From: the human T2T-CHM13v2.0 reference genome, Homo sapiens
DNA length: 64,000 nucleotides
Reading direction: 5' to 3' (one strand)
Assembly (NCBI RefSeq): GCF_009914755.1
Contig: NC_060941.1
Shown: one piece after another, positions 1-22,127 of the stretch
Layout of the letters: each line of letters opens with the position of its first letter
Position numbering within the stretch: position 1 is the first letter of the stretch
Made by a program: the position numbers and the translations under genes
The notes under the pieces: generated by a model
What the model saw: the letters and a program-made list of their open reading frames with translations, nothing else
Told to the model about the DNA's origin: nothing
Databases searched by the model: none

Positions 1-117
1 TACTCAAATATTGCTCGCCCTCTCTGTGCCCGTCTTGTTCTAGGCACTGGGGATACAAAGGAACTCAGATTGGAGTTGGAGAGGCAGATAATAAACCAGT
101 AAAAGAATAATAGAACC

Positions 118-2461
<2,344 letters not shown>

Positions 2462-2615
2462 TCAGTACAGAGACCTCCCTTTGCCCAGGACTCCACCCCA
2501 CTTGAGGGAGGTGGGGCAGGACTCCCTCAGAACCCATCAGGACCCTGCTCTGCCCAAAAGGGGGAGGCGGGAGTAACACAGGCTACACCTGCCCCCTGCC
2601 CAGCCCAGGACTCAC

Positions 2616-2708
2616 CTGCTCTAGTAGGTAGGTCTGCCCAGGGCAGTCCCACTTAACTCAGCCTGGTGCCACTCTGCTCAGCTCAGAGACCCAAGATGGA
2701 AACTGAAA
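2616..2708 (-). other. DHX58: DHX58 5'UTR exon 2 (non-coding)
   Basis: Acceptor ctccttccctcAG (2709-2710) inside the ISRE; donor GCAG|gtgagt at 2615. Confidence 0.75.
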
Positions 2709-2711
2709 CTG
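2698..2711 (+). promoter_or_regulatory. ISRE (downstream copy)
   Basis: GGAAACTGAAACTG matches GAAANNGAAACT; DHX58 is an interferon-stimulated gene. Confidence 0.85.
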
Positions 2712-2738
2712 AGGGAAGGAGCCAGCTGAGCCGACTTA

Positions 2739-2748
2739 GGAATCTCCC
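2739..2748 (-). promoter_or_regulatory. NF-kB-like site
   Basis: GGGAGATTCC on - strand fits GGGRNNYYCC; degenerate in copy B (AGGAGATTCG). Confidence 0.5.
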
Positions 2749-2799
2749 ATCCCCGCCCCAGGAAAAAGAACCAAGAGAAAAGAACCGTTTGTGCTAACA

Positions 2800-2862
2800 G
2801 TCATCGCCAACTGCCGTGAGTACAAACTCCGGTTAAGTACTGCTGCTGCGCCAGCACCCTGG
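2800..2862 (+). pseudogene. Inverted 63-bp fragment of KAT2A last coding exon
   Basis: gtcatcgccaactgccgtgagtacaa...agtactgctgctgcgccagcaccctgg aligns to the reverse complement of 4201-4267 (VIANCREYNPPDSEYCRCASAL), about 54/67 identities by hand. Confidence 0.9.
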
Positions 2863-3106
2863 CAGGCATGATCACCTCCCATTGGTAGGGCCACAGCTCC
2901 ATTCTGGGAATGGCAGGGGACTCAGACCCACTGGGCCCTCCACTCATCCCAACTCCTGGCCAGAGCAGTCGGTACAGAGACCTCCCTTTGCCCAGGACTC
3001 CACCCCACTTGAGGGAGGTGGGGGGGGGACACCCTCAAAACTCATCAGAAGCCTGCTGTGGCCAAAAGGTGGGGGTGGGGGGGGGTGGGAGTAACACAGG
3101 CTACAC

Positions 3107-3236
3107 CTGCGCCTTGCCCAGCCTGGGTCTCGCCTGCACCACCACGTAGGCCTGCCCAAGGCGGCCCTGCTTAGCTCAGCCTGGTGCCGCTGTGCTCAGC
3201 GCAGAGAGCAGAAATCAGAAATGGAAACTGAAACTG
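3107..3236 (-). other. DHX58: DHX58 5'UTR exon 1 (non-coding; TSS approximate, at or near upstream ISRE)
   Basis: Donor GCAG|gtgtag at 3106; starts beside ISRE 3223-3236; agrees with my recollection of the DHX58 5'UTR. Confidence 0.65.
3211..3236 (+). promoter_or_regulatory. ISRE / extended IRF element (upstream copy)
   Basis: GAAATCAGAAATGGAAACTGAAACTG: four GAAA half-sites including a canonical ISRE. Confidence 0.85.
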
Positions 3237-3630
3237 AGGGGAGGAGCCAGCTGAGCCGACTTACGAATCTCCTATCCCTGCCCCAAGAAAAAGAACCACG
3301 TGTGCTAACAGGGAAGCACTCTTTCAGTGCTACAGGATCCTCTACGCTCTGGCCCTTCTGCAGTCAGTTGTAACCACATCCACCCAGGTTAAGGTGAAGG
3401 CAGGAGGTTCTGACCCCTGCTGCCCTGGCATCTGGATCAGGAGCAGCCTGGAGGAGGGAGAGGTGGGGGGCTGCAGGCAGGTAGGACCCATCACCCCAGG
3501 AGCACAGGACCAGGCCTGAGGCTTGCTGGGGAGAGCAGCCTCCAGTTTGCAAGAGGTCCCTGGGGGCCAAGGTGAGCCTGCTAAGGCTGGGACTACACCA
3601 AAGAAACAATCACACAGAGAAATAAAAAGC

Positions 3631-3636
3631 TTTATT
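3631..3636 (-). terminator. KAT2A polyadenylation signal
   Basis: AATAAA on - strand followed by a GU/U-rich element (tgtgtgattgtttcttt). Confidence 0.85.
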
Positions 3637-4150
3637 ATTCCCTCTAAGGGATTAATGCCAGGGAATGAATGGTCCCCATACCCCCCACCCCTGGGGGAGA
3701 CTGACAGAACAGTGCTGGACAAGGCATGGCCCCCTTCAGTTTGGGCTGAACTTCCAACCCCTGAAGCCATCACTCAAGCTAAAATGAGCAGTTCTGGTCC
3801 TCAGGGAAACAGCCACCTGGGCCAGGCCCAGGAATCCAAGCCTCCAAAGCTCTTGGGGACCAGGCCTGGGGGCCACCACGGCTGGGCAAGGTTCATCCCT
3901 GGCCACCAGCTACTCTAGAGGGGCTGGGCCCCAACCCAGGAGACCTCTCACACACAGTGAAGGCTGGGACAGAGCTGCACGCTTGGGGGTGCCTGAAGGT
4001 CCAGAAAGAGCTGCAGGATCGGGTCCGGAGGACCCTTGGCTGGAGTGTCTCAAGCTGAGTCGGGTCCGTGGGGCCAGGGCACCCCCTAAGGATCAGATCA
4101 GAATCCGAGGTGGAGACATTCCAGGTCAGGGCTGCGGCCCAAAGATGGGC

Positions 4151-11807
<7,657 letters not shown>

Positions 11808-12332
11808 GGCCTCCCCCGCAGCGGAGAGCGGCGCCGCGCTCCCAGCCCTAGGGCCGCATGGGCAACCAGCGCTCAGTGCGCAGGCGTTGCTGCGCGGCGC
11901 ATGACGGGAGTTGTAGTCTTCCCGCGCCTTCCCCTCACTGCCTCCAGCTTCCAGACTTTTCTGTCCTGTCTCTTGGCCCCTGACAGCCAAGTGAGGCCTG
12001 AGTGAAGGCCCCACATTGACCCCTCTTCACTTGTAATCTCTTTTAATGGAGTCCGGGAGAGTCACGATGGCTGTCCTCTTGGGGACAAGGAGTCTTGGGG
12101 AGAATCGTGGGGTCTGCCTCTTTCACGCGCCTGTCTCCCACTTAACCCCCTCCCCCAACTCCCGCACAGGCCCTGCCCCACGCGGCTCCGGACACGGAAT
12201 TGCAGCTGCGGTAGAGATGAGATGTAGCAACAGTTCTGCAGTAGTGTGGTGGTGACTTGGGTGTGTTCTCCTCCTGACATTCACCTGCACCTTTTTCTGC
12301 GCTTTTCAGTATGTATGTATTTAATAGTATCA

Positions 12333-12607
<275 letters not shown>

Positions 12608-13353
12608 TTATCAAATAACAGCACCAGAGGCATAGCTGTGGTTATGATGGTCACCAAGAAGGCTACTGACGTGGAGGGTGAGGCGGAGGAGGGCTAGGTC
12701 TTTCTCTGTGCACTGGGAGCCACTCTCCTGAAGCCCCAACTGCGTCTTCATCTTTGTGGCCCCAGAGCCCAGACCACAGCCTGCAGCACAGGACGCCCCG
12801 GGAAGAATTAATGCAGCCGGAGAGACCAGTCCACCTCCTCGTGTCGCGTGTCCGCGTGGGGTTGTGGGTGGTCAGGGAGAGGTAGGGTGGATGACCCAGG
12901 AAGGCCGCCCTCCCCTGGCTCTGTCTAGGAACAATCCTTGCCCCAGGCCTGGTCCTTAGAAGGCAAGACAGCCCCCTTCCAGCTGGGGGATCAATCTGCT
13001 GTTGGCTGCGCCAGGGTGCGGCTCCCTCGGGTCTGGCCTGGTCGTGGATCCAGTTCCTTCACAGCTGCGGCCTCCCCGGGTCCATTAACGAAGGTGGGGA
13101 AGGGCGGAGAAAGGGTCGGAGTCTGGGAGGAGAGCAGCTGCGGGCGCGCCAGGGCGCTGACAGTCTGGCTCTTGGAGGTAAGATGGGCGTGGCTGATCCC
13201 GAACTCCGCCTGCGTTTGCAGAAGCGAAGGGAACCGAGCGAGCGGAGCTGAGCTCGGGTAGGCCGCGCGAGGTCCCTCCTCTCCGGGCGTCCGTGCGCCT
13301 AGCTCTGCGCTGGGAGCCTCGCGCCCTTTGACAGCAGTTAGTTGCTGACTCGG

Positions 13354-13833
13354 ATGCAGAGAGTCGGTAACACCTTCTCCAACGAGAGCCGGGTGGCATC
13401 CCGGTGTCCCAGCGTGGGCCTTGCTGAACGGAACCGGGTGGCCACAATGCCGGTGCGGCTGCTCAGGGACAGTCCAGCGGCTCAGGAGGACAATGACCAT
13501 GCCAGAGACGGTTTCCAAATGAAGCTGGATGCCCACGGCTTCGCCCCGGAGGAACTGGTGGTGCAGGTGGATGGCCAATGGCTGATGGTGACCGGACAGC
13601 AGCAACTGGACGTCAGGGACCCGGAAAGGGTCAGTTACCGCATGTCACAGAAGGTGCACCGGAAAATGCTCCCGTCCAACCTGAGTCCTACCGCCATGAC
13701 CTGCTGCCTGACCCCCTCCGGGCAGCTGTGGGTCAGAGGCCAGTGTGTGGCGCTGGCCCTCCCTGAAGCCCAAACAGGACCGTCCCCGAGACTCGGGAGC
13801 CTCGGCTCTAAGGCTTCCAACCTGACCCGGTAA
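13354..13833 (+). CDS. HSPB9: Small heat shock protein beta-9, 159 aa, single exon
   Basis: ATG at 13354 (MQRVGNTFSN); alpha-crystallin domain (FQMKLDAHGFAPEELVVQVDG...LPSNL...LTPSGQLWV); CpG-rich upstream region. Confidence 0.95.
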   Translation: MQRVGNTFSNESRVASRCPSVGLAERNRVATMPVRLLRDSPAAQEDNDHARDGFQMKLDAHGFAPEELVVQVDGQWLMVTGQQQLDVRDPERVSYRMSQKVHRKMLPSNLSPTAMTCCLTPSGQLWVRGQCVALALPEAQTGPSPRLGSLGSKASNLTR

Positions 13834-13961
13834 ACAAACGACGCGATGTGCAGCAGCCTTGGTGTCCGTTGTCTTTTCTGGGGATGGAAGTCAGAGGTAG
13901 AGGGACTGGAGGCACAGGAGGCAGGAAAGGCACCCTCAAGGTGGTGGTCCACCAAGAATCA

Positions 13962-14889
<928 letters not shown>

Positions 14890-15505
14890 CTAGCTGAGCA
14901 GCAGCTCCAACAGGTAGCAGCAGAGAGCTGAGTGCCCAGACCTGATTCCAGAACCAGTAGAGAGCTGGACTGGGGCAACTTGGATGTGGTGTGGGGGGGT
15001 GACGTGGACAGAGGTGGTGAGGAAAGCCAGTGGCTACAGTCTTGGCCTTAAGACCAGTCCAGCGTTCCAGGGGCTGTTGGGATTCCTTCCTCTTCAGGAA
15101 GAGAGAGGATCCAGACCCTCTCACTGGTAAAGACCAACCAAAAAAAACCCAAAGAGGTTGTTTCTGGTGTTTCAGAGACTAATGATCATCAAATACACAC
15201 TGCATGTCACCCCAGTATGATCTGGTAGGTGGGGGAGGGGAAGGGAGGTGGAGAAGTGAACACGGGCCCTGAAACTTCAAACTTGGTCAGCCCAGGTCAG
15301 CTACCTCATCGGAGCTGCTAACAGTAAGAGCCTCTTTCTCTTGGTTACCATGACCACCAGCATCCCCTCACATTAGAGGGGAAGATTTTGTTTAACAAGA
15401 TTCAGTGGTTCATTTTAAATCAACTTCAACTACAGAGGGCACTGTCTGATAAACTGCCAGAGAAAGACAAGGAAGACAATTGTGAGGTCGATCGATCGGC
15501 TGACT

Positions 15506-15511
15506 ATATTG
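15506..15511 (-). terminator. Probable RAB5C polyadenylation signal (variant AATATA)
   Basis: No canonical AATAAA seen in the 3'UTR; AATATA has upstream UGUA/U-rich and downstream GU-rich sequence. Confidence 0.55.
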
Positions 15512-16286
15512 ACAAGATACTGATTGGTTACATGTTGAAGAAAACATACAATACAAAATACAGAAAAAGTTGGTTCCGTCCCCTCCCACTCCCCCCCTTA
15601 CCCACCCACCCCCAAATACTCATCATCATGATTTGGTCAGAACAGGGCTCAGAGCCAGAGGTTGGGGTGACCGAGGGTGGAGGGGTTGTGGGCAATGGGT
15701 TCGTGGCTGTCACAATAATGCTGTGATAATGCTGTGGTTTCCCAGCAGGGAGGTGGGAGCGGGGAGGGGGCTGCAGCCTGATGAGAGCCAGCTGAAGGAA
15801 GAGCTGCCTCTCCCTTCCTAAGCCCCTTCCCAAGGTCTGCCCCACCGCCCAAACCAAAGACCACTCCGAACAAAGTGAGGATGTGGATGCTCTTGCTGGG
15901 TCCGCTGTTCCGCAGGAGGGAAAGAAAGGGTAGCTGCACTGACCCCACTGTCCCCATATACAAGGGTTGGGGGGCAAGAGCATGTGGCTACTCCCAGCAA
16001 GGGAAAATGGGAGAGCAGTAGAAAGGGGAGGAAGTGGGAAGAGCAGAAGATCATATATATTAAAAAAGTGACTTAAGACTTAAAATTGAATTAGTATTTG
16101 TACAGAAAGGTGCAGGTGGAATGACTCACTCCGGCCTATGATCAAAATTATATGGAGAAATCATGGTGGACCCCTCCCCCTGCCCCCCCAGTGGTGGCCC
16201 GAGTCGTTAAGTGCGATTGGTTAGAGTGGATTCCAGTCGGGTCATTCAGGCGGAGGAGGCGGGGGCAGCGGGCAGGCAAGGGGGGC

Positions 16287-19200
16287 TCAGTTGCTGCAGC
16301 ACTGGCTCCGGCTGGCTGGGTTGTTCTCCTGGAGGTCCACACCTCGGTTTCGGCCTGGAGCACCAGTTGCATTCTGGGGCTCGTTCTTGGGAAGCTTCTT
16401 AGCTGTTTGGGAGGGGGAAAAGTGCATTTGTTGGGGGTACCCCAATAACTCTCCCAGTTCCACTGGAGCAGATTCTGGCCTTTATACCCAATCAGTGGTA
16501 ACTCACATATTGAGGGCTTCTGTGTGTCAGGTGCATTCTGATTGTTTTCAGGAAACTGCGGCAAAGTAAGGTTAAATAACTTGCCCAAGACTACAGAGCT
16601 AATGAGTGGTAGAGCCAGGATCTGCAACCCAGGAAGGAAGATTCCAGAGCCAAATGAGCTAAAAACTCCTAGGCAGTGGGTAGGGGTAGTGATGGCAGGC
16701 TCTGAAATGGGTGGCAGGCTACAGGCTCAGAGAGTGAAATGTTGAGACTCTGGCCCAGGCTTCAGGAACTTCTCGGGTGAACAACCAACATCTACATCTG
16801 GGAGTCAGGTGATGATGAAAACAATTTTATCAGAAGGTTAAAAGTGGTGAAGGGGGCTGGGCGCAGTGGCTTACGCTCGTAATCCCAGCACTTTGGGAGG
16901 CCGAGGCGGGTGGATCACGAGGTCAGGAGATCGAGACCATCCTGGCTAACACCGTGAAACCCCGTCTCTACCAAAAATACAAAAAATTAGCTGGGAGTGG
17001 TGGTGGGCACCAGTAGTCCCAGCTGCTCGAGAGGCTGAGGCAGGAGAATGGCGTGAACCTGGGGGGCGGAGCTTGCAGTGAGTCGAGATCGTGCCACTGA
17101 ACTCCAGCCTGGGTGATAGAGCGAGACTCCATCTCAAAAAAAAAAAAAAAAAAAAAAAAAAAGAGTGGTGAAGGGACCCCGCAGGCCCACTCTAGACCAG
17201 CAGACAGGTGATATGCCCTTGCTGTGGTGGAGAGAGGAGGGGAGGAGAAGCAACTGACCTATTGCCATGAAGATTTCGTTCACGTTCATTGCAGTCTTTG
17301 CTGATGTCTCCATGAACAGCAAACTGTTGTCGTCTGCATAGGCTTGTGCTTCCTGGTTTGGATGGAGGTGAGAGGAGGTGAGAGGGAAATGTTGGCAGGG
17401 GCCAGGGCCCAGGGCCCAGGATACAAACCTTCCTTATTCGAGCACCTTATCATAATAGAGATCAGCTGGACACACACAGGAGTTTTCAGGCCTAAGGCTG
17501 CCCTGATCTGGGTTTCCCCGCTCATGTATATCACCTCTCAGCTCACAATCACTAGCAGATGTCTTACCCGGGTTTCCCCAGGTCCACCCTGCCTTCTTGC
17601 TCTTCAAAATCACTAGGCTAGGAAATACTTCTAGAAAGTTAACCTACAAATACACTTACATGTTTGCACAAAAGCACAAAAGTATGTGGATGTCTACTGC
17701 AGCACTGTTTTCAGTCTTTTGCTATTATTAGGGATTGGTAAAAAATTATCATATACAGTATGTATAGCACACTGCCATCAATGTAAAGAAAGGGATTAAA
17801 AAACACGTGCATATTTCTGGAAGGACAAGAAACTGGGGAAATTAGAAGAAGAGAAGTTGAGTTTCTAGGGTTAGCAGAGACTTAAGTATTTCTTTCTCAA
17901 TAAGTTTAATTAAAAAGTCAACTTACAAGAAAAGAGAAGTAGAAGGCTAGTGATCCATATATACACATACCCCTACCACCAAAGAAAGAGAACCAGGGAG
18001 AGACAGGTGACGGGCAATTCCTTTTAGGCCCATGCTTTTTTTATTCTTTTCTTTTTTTTTTTTTTGAGACAGGATCTCACTGTGTTGCCCAGGCTGGAGT
18101 GCAGTGGCACGATCACTGCTCACTGCAGCCTCAATCTCCTGGCCTCTAATGATCCTCCCCACCTCGGCCTCCTGAGTAGCACACCACCATGCCCAGCTAA
18201 CTTTTGTATTTTTTTAGACATGGGGTTTCGCCACATTGCCCATGCTGGTCTCGAACTCCTAAGCTCAAGTGATCTCCCGCCTCAGCCTGCAGAGTATTGG
18301 GATTACAGGTGTGTGCCACCACACCTGGCTGTTTTTTTTTTTTTTTTAAAGAGATGGGGCCTCACTCTTGCTCAGGCTGGAGTGCAGTGTTGCAATCACT
18401 GCAATCTTAAACTCCTGGGCTCAAACAATCCTCGTGCCTCAGCCTCCTGAGCAGCTGAGACTACAGGTGCGTGCCACCAAGCCCAGCTAATTTTTAAATC
18501 TTTTGCAGAGACAGAGTCTTACTGTGTCGCCTAGGCTGGTCTCGAACTCCTGGCCTCAAGTGATCCTCCCACTCCAGCCTCCCAAGGCACTGGGATTACA
18601 GACAGGAGCCATGTTAGGCCCATGCCTGAGGCACGAGAGGACAGCAGATGGAAGCTTCCCTGTTGCCTCCTAGCATGGCCCTTCCCAAAGCCCCTGAGCA
18701 TCCCAGGCGAGGCCGGGGGGAGCTGCTTACTCCACTCCTTCCCCCAAGTCTGTCATCTCCCCACCTGGAATTCCACGGCTCTCTTGCTGGCCAGGTCTGC
18801 CTTGTTACCCGCGAGTGCAATGACGATGTTGGGGCTGGCCTGCCTCTGTAGCTCCTTCACCCAGTTCTTGGCCCGTGCAAATGTATCCTGAGGAGACAGG
18901 GACAGAATGTCGAAGGGACAGAGAAGGCATTCTGCCCAGGGCCACCCATTAGAGACTCTCAAGCTGGCACAGCCAAATTATCTAAGACATTGCCACCTAA
19001 AGATTCTGATGCAATGTCCCCAAACAGGAAATCTGCCCACCCCCCACCCAGGAACAGAGGGTTAAGCGGCCTGAAATCAGGGCTCTGATAACCCAATCCC
19101 TGGGACTTTGAGAAGATGAAGGGCAAAGGAAGAAGCAAGGGGAAATCTTTACTGTGTTGGTGATGTCATAGACCACGATGGCAGCCTGGGCCCCCCGATA

Positions 19201-21006
19201 GTACATGGGGGCCAGGCTGTGATACCGCTCCTGTCCAGCTGTGTCCCAGATCTCAAACTTGACTGTTGTGTCATCCAGGCAGACAGTCTGTGTGAGGAAG
19301 GCCGCTGTAAGAGAGAAGGAGCGTCCATGGGCAAGAGCGAGTTGGAATCCACCCCACACAATCCCACTGTTGCTTCTAGGCTCTGGCACTCAGAAGCCCA
19401 CCACTGAGATGGGCACAGAGAACCCTCAAGCCAGGAGCCAAAGCAGGCCTGAGTGGGGGGTGGAGTTTGGATTTTTATGTATGTGTCTGGGGGACGGGGT
19501 CTGCACAGGCTTTGCAGACCCAGCCCAGGCAACGGCAGGAGAAGGGACTCCTGCATGCACTGAGCCATCTCAGGACCACTCTCTGAAGAGCAACACAGCA
19601 GGGGCAAGAGAGGGAAAGCCTAGGGGAAGCCTACTCCAAGCACAGAAGGGTGAGCGCCCTCAGACCTCCTCCTCCGCCACTCAGAGAACAGACCAGCAGC
19701 TAGGGACCGCTCCACCCCTCAGTTTGCTCCAGCCCAGGGGTGTCACTGACCTTGGGTTTCCTAAGGACATTCTCACACACTTAGCTATGCTGGGGAAGTA
19801 CACACTGTTCCACCACCAGGCTGAGGCTGGGTGGCCGGCTTCCCAACCACCCCTACCACCTCCAGGCACTCCAGCTAGCCACCGCCCCTAGCTCTGACCC
19901 AGACCTGTTCCTGTATGGCCACCCTGTGACCTGACCTTCAGTCACTAAGAGGTGACTCCTTAGGGGAATGCAGGGTGCCTGTACACATGCTTCAAAGGAG
20001 GAGTCCAGAGCTGGGACAGACAGCAAAAGGCCCCTTTGCCCCTGGACCCAGCAGAGAACCCAGGACAGCCATGTGTAGAAGGCTGCTTTCCTGGTCTGCC
20101 CTCCCCCAGCTCACTGAGGGACATGGGGCACTGCCTCACTTCCCCTCTCCAGCTCCTGACCCAAATGCTGAGGAGGCAGCAGGGAGACTGCTGACATGGC
20201 CCATTTTGTTTCCAGCTGCCTAGAAACCTCCTACCAAGAGAGTAGAGAAAGGATGACTCAAGGCCAAGGCCAGCGTTGGCCCCTGCCTCTTGATGTGTGT
20301 GTTAGCCACGGAGGCAAGAGGCCGAGGCCAGACCCTCACTCACATCCTAAATGCTGACCACTGGAAAATCAACAACAGGCTGTGAGCTCCAGAAAGGGTA
20401 AAGTCAGCTTCAGAAACACCCACCTATCACCCAGCTCCGACTCACCAGGCTGTTCCTTCTTCTGGAAGTGGGAAAGGCCAGGGCACATGGACCACCCATT
20501 ATAGTAAGAAGGGGCCTCAAAGATCCAGAGTCAGCTCTCCCTCCATGAGGCCAGGGCAGTGAAAGGGCCTCAGCCAAGGCCACACAGATCAAGAAGGGGC
20601 AGAAACAGGATGGGAAGCTAGCTTTCCACTCCCAGCAAATGCTTACTAGCGATGCTTGAGGGGACTCTGGCATGGAGACCAGTTGCTGGGCTCAATTCCA
20701 GGGCCCAGGTGAGGAAGTGGGGCTGCCACCACAGACGCATTTAGTCCCTAATGCAGGCAGGCAGCTTCCCATCTCCTCAAGGTCAAAGCATTTCTTTGGC
20801 AACCTTCAGGCCCCTCCCCGACTCCCTCATGCCCACTCACCTCCAATTGTGCTCTCCTGGTACTCGTGAAACTGTCCCTTGACAAAGCGGAGGACGAGGC
20901 TGGATTTGCCTACCGCAGACTCCCCCAGCAGAACCAGCTTAAATTGACAGATCTTGTTCCCAGCAGCTGGTCCATTGGGTCGTGCTGCGCCTCCCCGACC
21001 CGCCAT
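16287..21006 (-). CDS. RAB5C: Ras-related protein Rab-5C, 216 aa
   Basis: Exons 20841-21006 (exon starts 21094), 19153-19304, 18765-18887, 17259-17352, 16287-16402; sum 651 nt. [24 protein letters not shown] and C-terminal CCSN prenylation motif. Confidence 0.98.
16855..17162 (+). mobile_element. AluY-like element with TSD
   Basis: gagatcgagaccatcctggctaac diagnostic; TSD aa(a/g)agtggtgaaggg. Confidence 0.93.
18037..18615 (-). mobile_element. Two old (AluJ-like) Alus
   Basis: Reverse-orientation Alu consensus with T tracts. Confidence 0.9.
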
Positions 21007-21834
21007 TGCCCGTCCAGCTGTAGTGGTCCAGAGAGCGTGCGGGTGGGGACTGGTGCTATGCAAAGAGGCACTTAGTGGGGAGGGGGACCTCCAACTGTAA
21101 GGGAGAAATGAGAAGTACTGAGTTAGTTCAGAGGCCGTCACCCGCTGTGTCCTTCTTAAATTACAGATCTTTCCCTCTGGCCTCACTGAAGACCTAGCTG
21201 ACTGCTTCCCCTCACCTCACCTCCCTGCCCTCCCCACTAGAGGTCAGGAGGCCCCACTGGGCTATACTAGATGTCTACCGGCTCTACCACCATCTGAGCT
21301 GTAAAGAGGAGAATGGTCTCCCAACTTCAGGCTCATGGTTCTGAGCAAACACATTGACTTCTGGATCCCAAATATGTACATTCACCTACAAATAAACACA
21401 CACAGGCGATGAATGAATGTGTGACAGCCTGGTGACAGTTAAGTCAACAGGCTTTTGGGGCAAAATTAAAACAAAACAAAACAAAACAAAAGCTCAGGAA
21501 GACACTAGGATTTAGATCAATAATGAAGTTCCAGTCTGGTAGCCAGGACCACAGTGGTGAGGCAGACAGGGGCCCAAGAGGTCCTGGTAGAAAGCTCCTC
21601 AGAGAAGGTGCTTGGCCAACCTCATGGCCATTCAGGGACCAGGGCCTGGCCAGCACAAGTTGTTATTAACATAGCCATTTTTCTCCTGCCACCTTCAGAA
21701 GGACTGACCGACTTTCAGTCTAGGGCTGGACTGTGTGCCTCTGTGCACCAGAATCAAAGCAATGTTTCACTCTCTCATCCTGATCCTTCTTCCCTAGTTC
21801 TCTCATTTTTGATGGGCCAAAGTCTCGCACCCAT

Positions 21835-22055
21835 TAAAAAACAAAACACACACAGAAACAAACACATAGTAAAACACACACCGATACACACACACAAACA
21901 CACACAGAAACACACACACCGGAACAAATACACACTGAAACACACACACACACACACAAAAACACATGCCAACACACACACAGAAATACACACCAAAACA
22001 GACACCAAAACAAAACACACACCGAAACAAACACACACAGAAACACACACCAAAG
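21835..22055. repeat. Degenerate CA-rich simple repeat (UG-rich on RAB5C pre-mRNA)
   Basis: ~220 bp of aaacacacac variants. Confidence 0.92.
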
Positions 22056-22110
22056 TCATAGCTCTGCCACAGTCAGCACAGCTACCAACTTTCCCTTTTT
22101 CAATAGAGAC

Positions 22111-22127
22111 CTCAGTTCCATTCTCTA
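22111..22127 (-). CDS. RAB5C: Candidate RAB5C microexon supplying an upstream ATG (N-extended 249-aa isoform)
   Basis: polyY-tgccAG|TAGAGAATGGAACTGAG|gtctct; ATG at 22121 is in frame with the stop-free 88-nt leader of exon 2 (MELSWRSPSP...). Confidence 0.65.

Noticed and set aside
13342-13353. HSPB9 start at TTG 13342
   Set aside because: Non-ATG call from the ORF finder; ATG at 13354 gives the 159-aa protein.
15489-15498. CGATCGATCG palindrome at the RAB5C 3' end
   Set aside because: Too short to distinguish from chance; no supporting structure.
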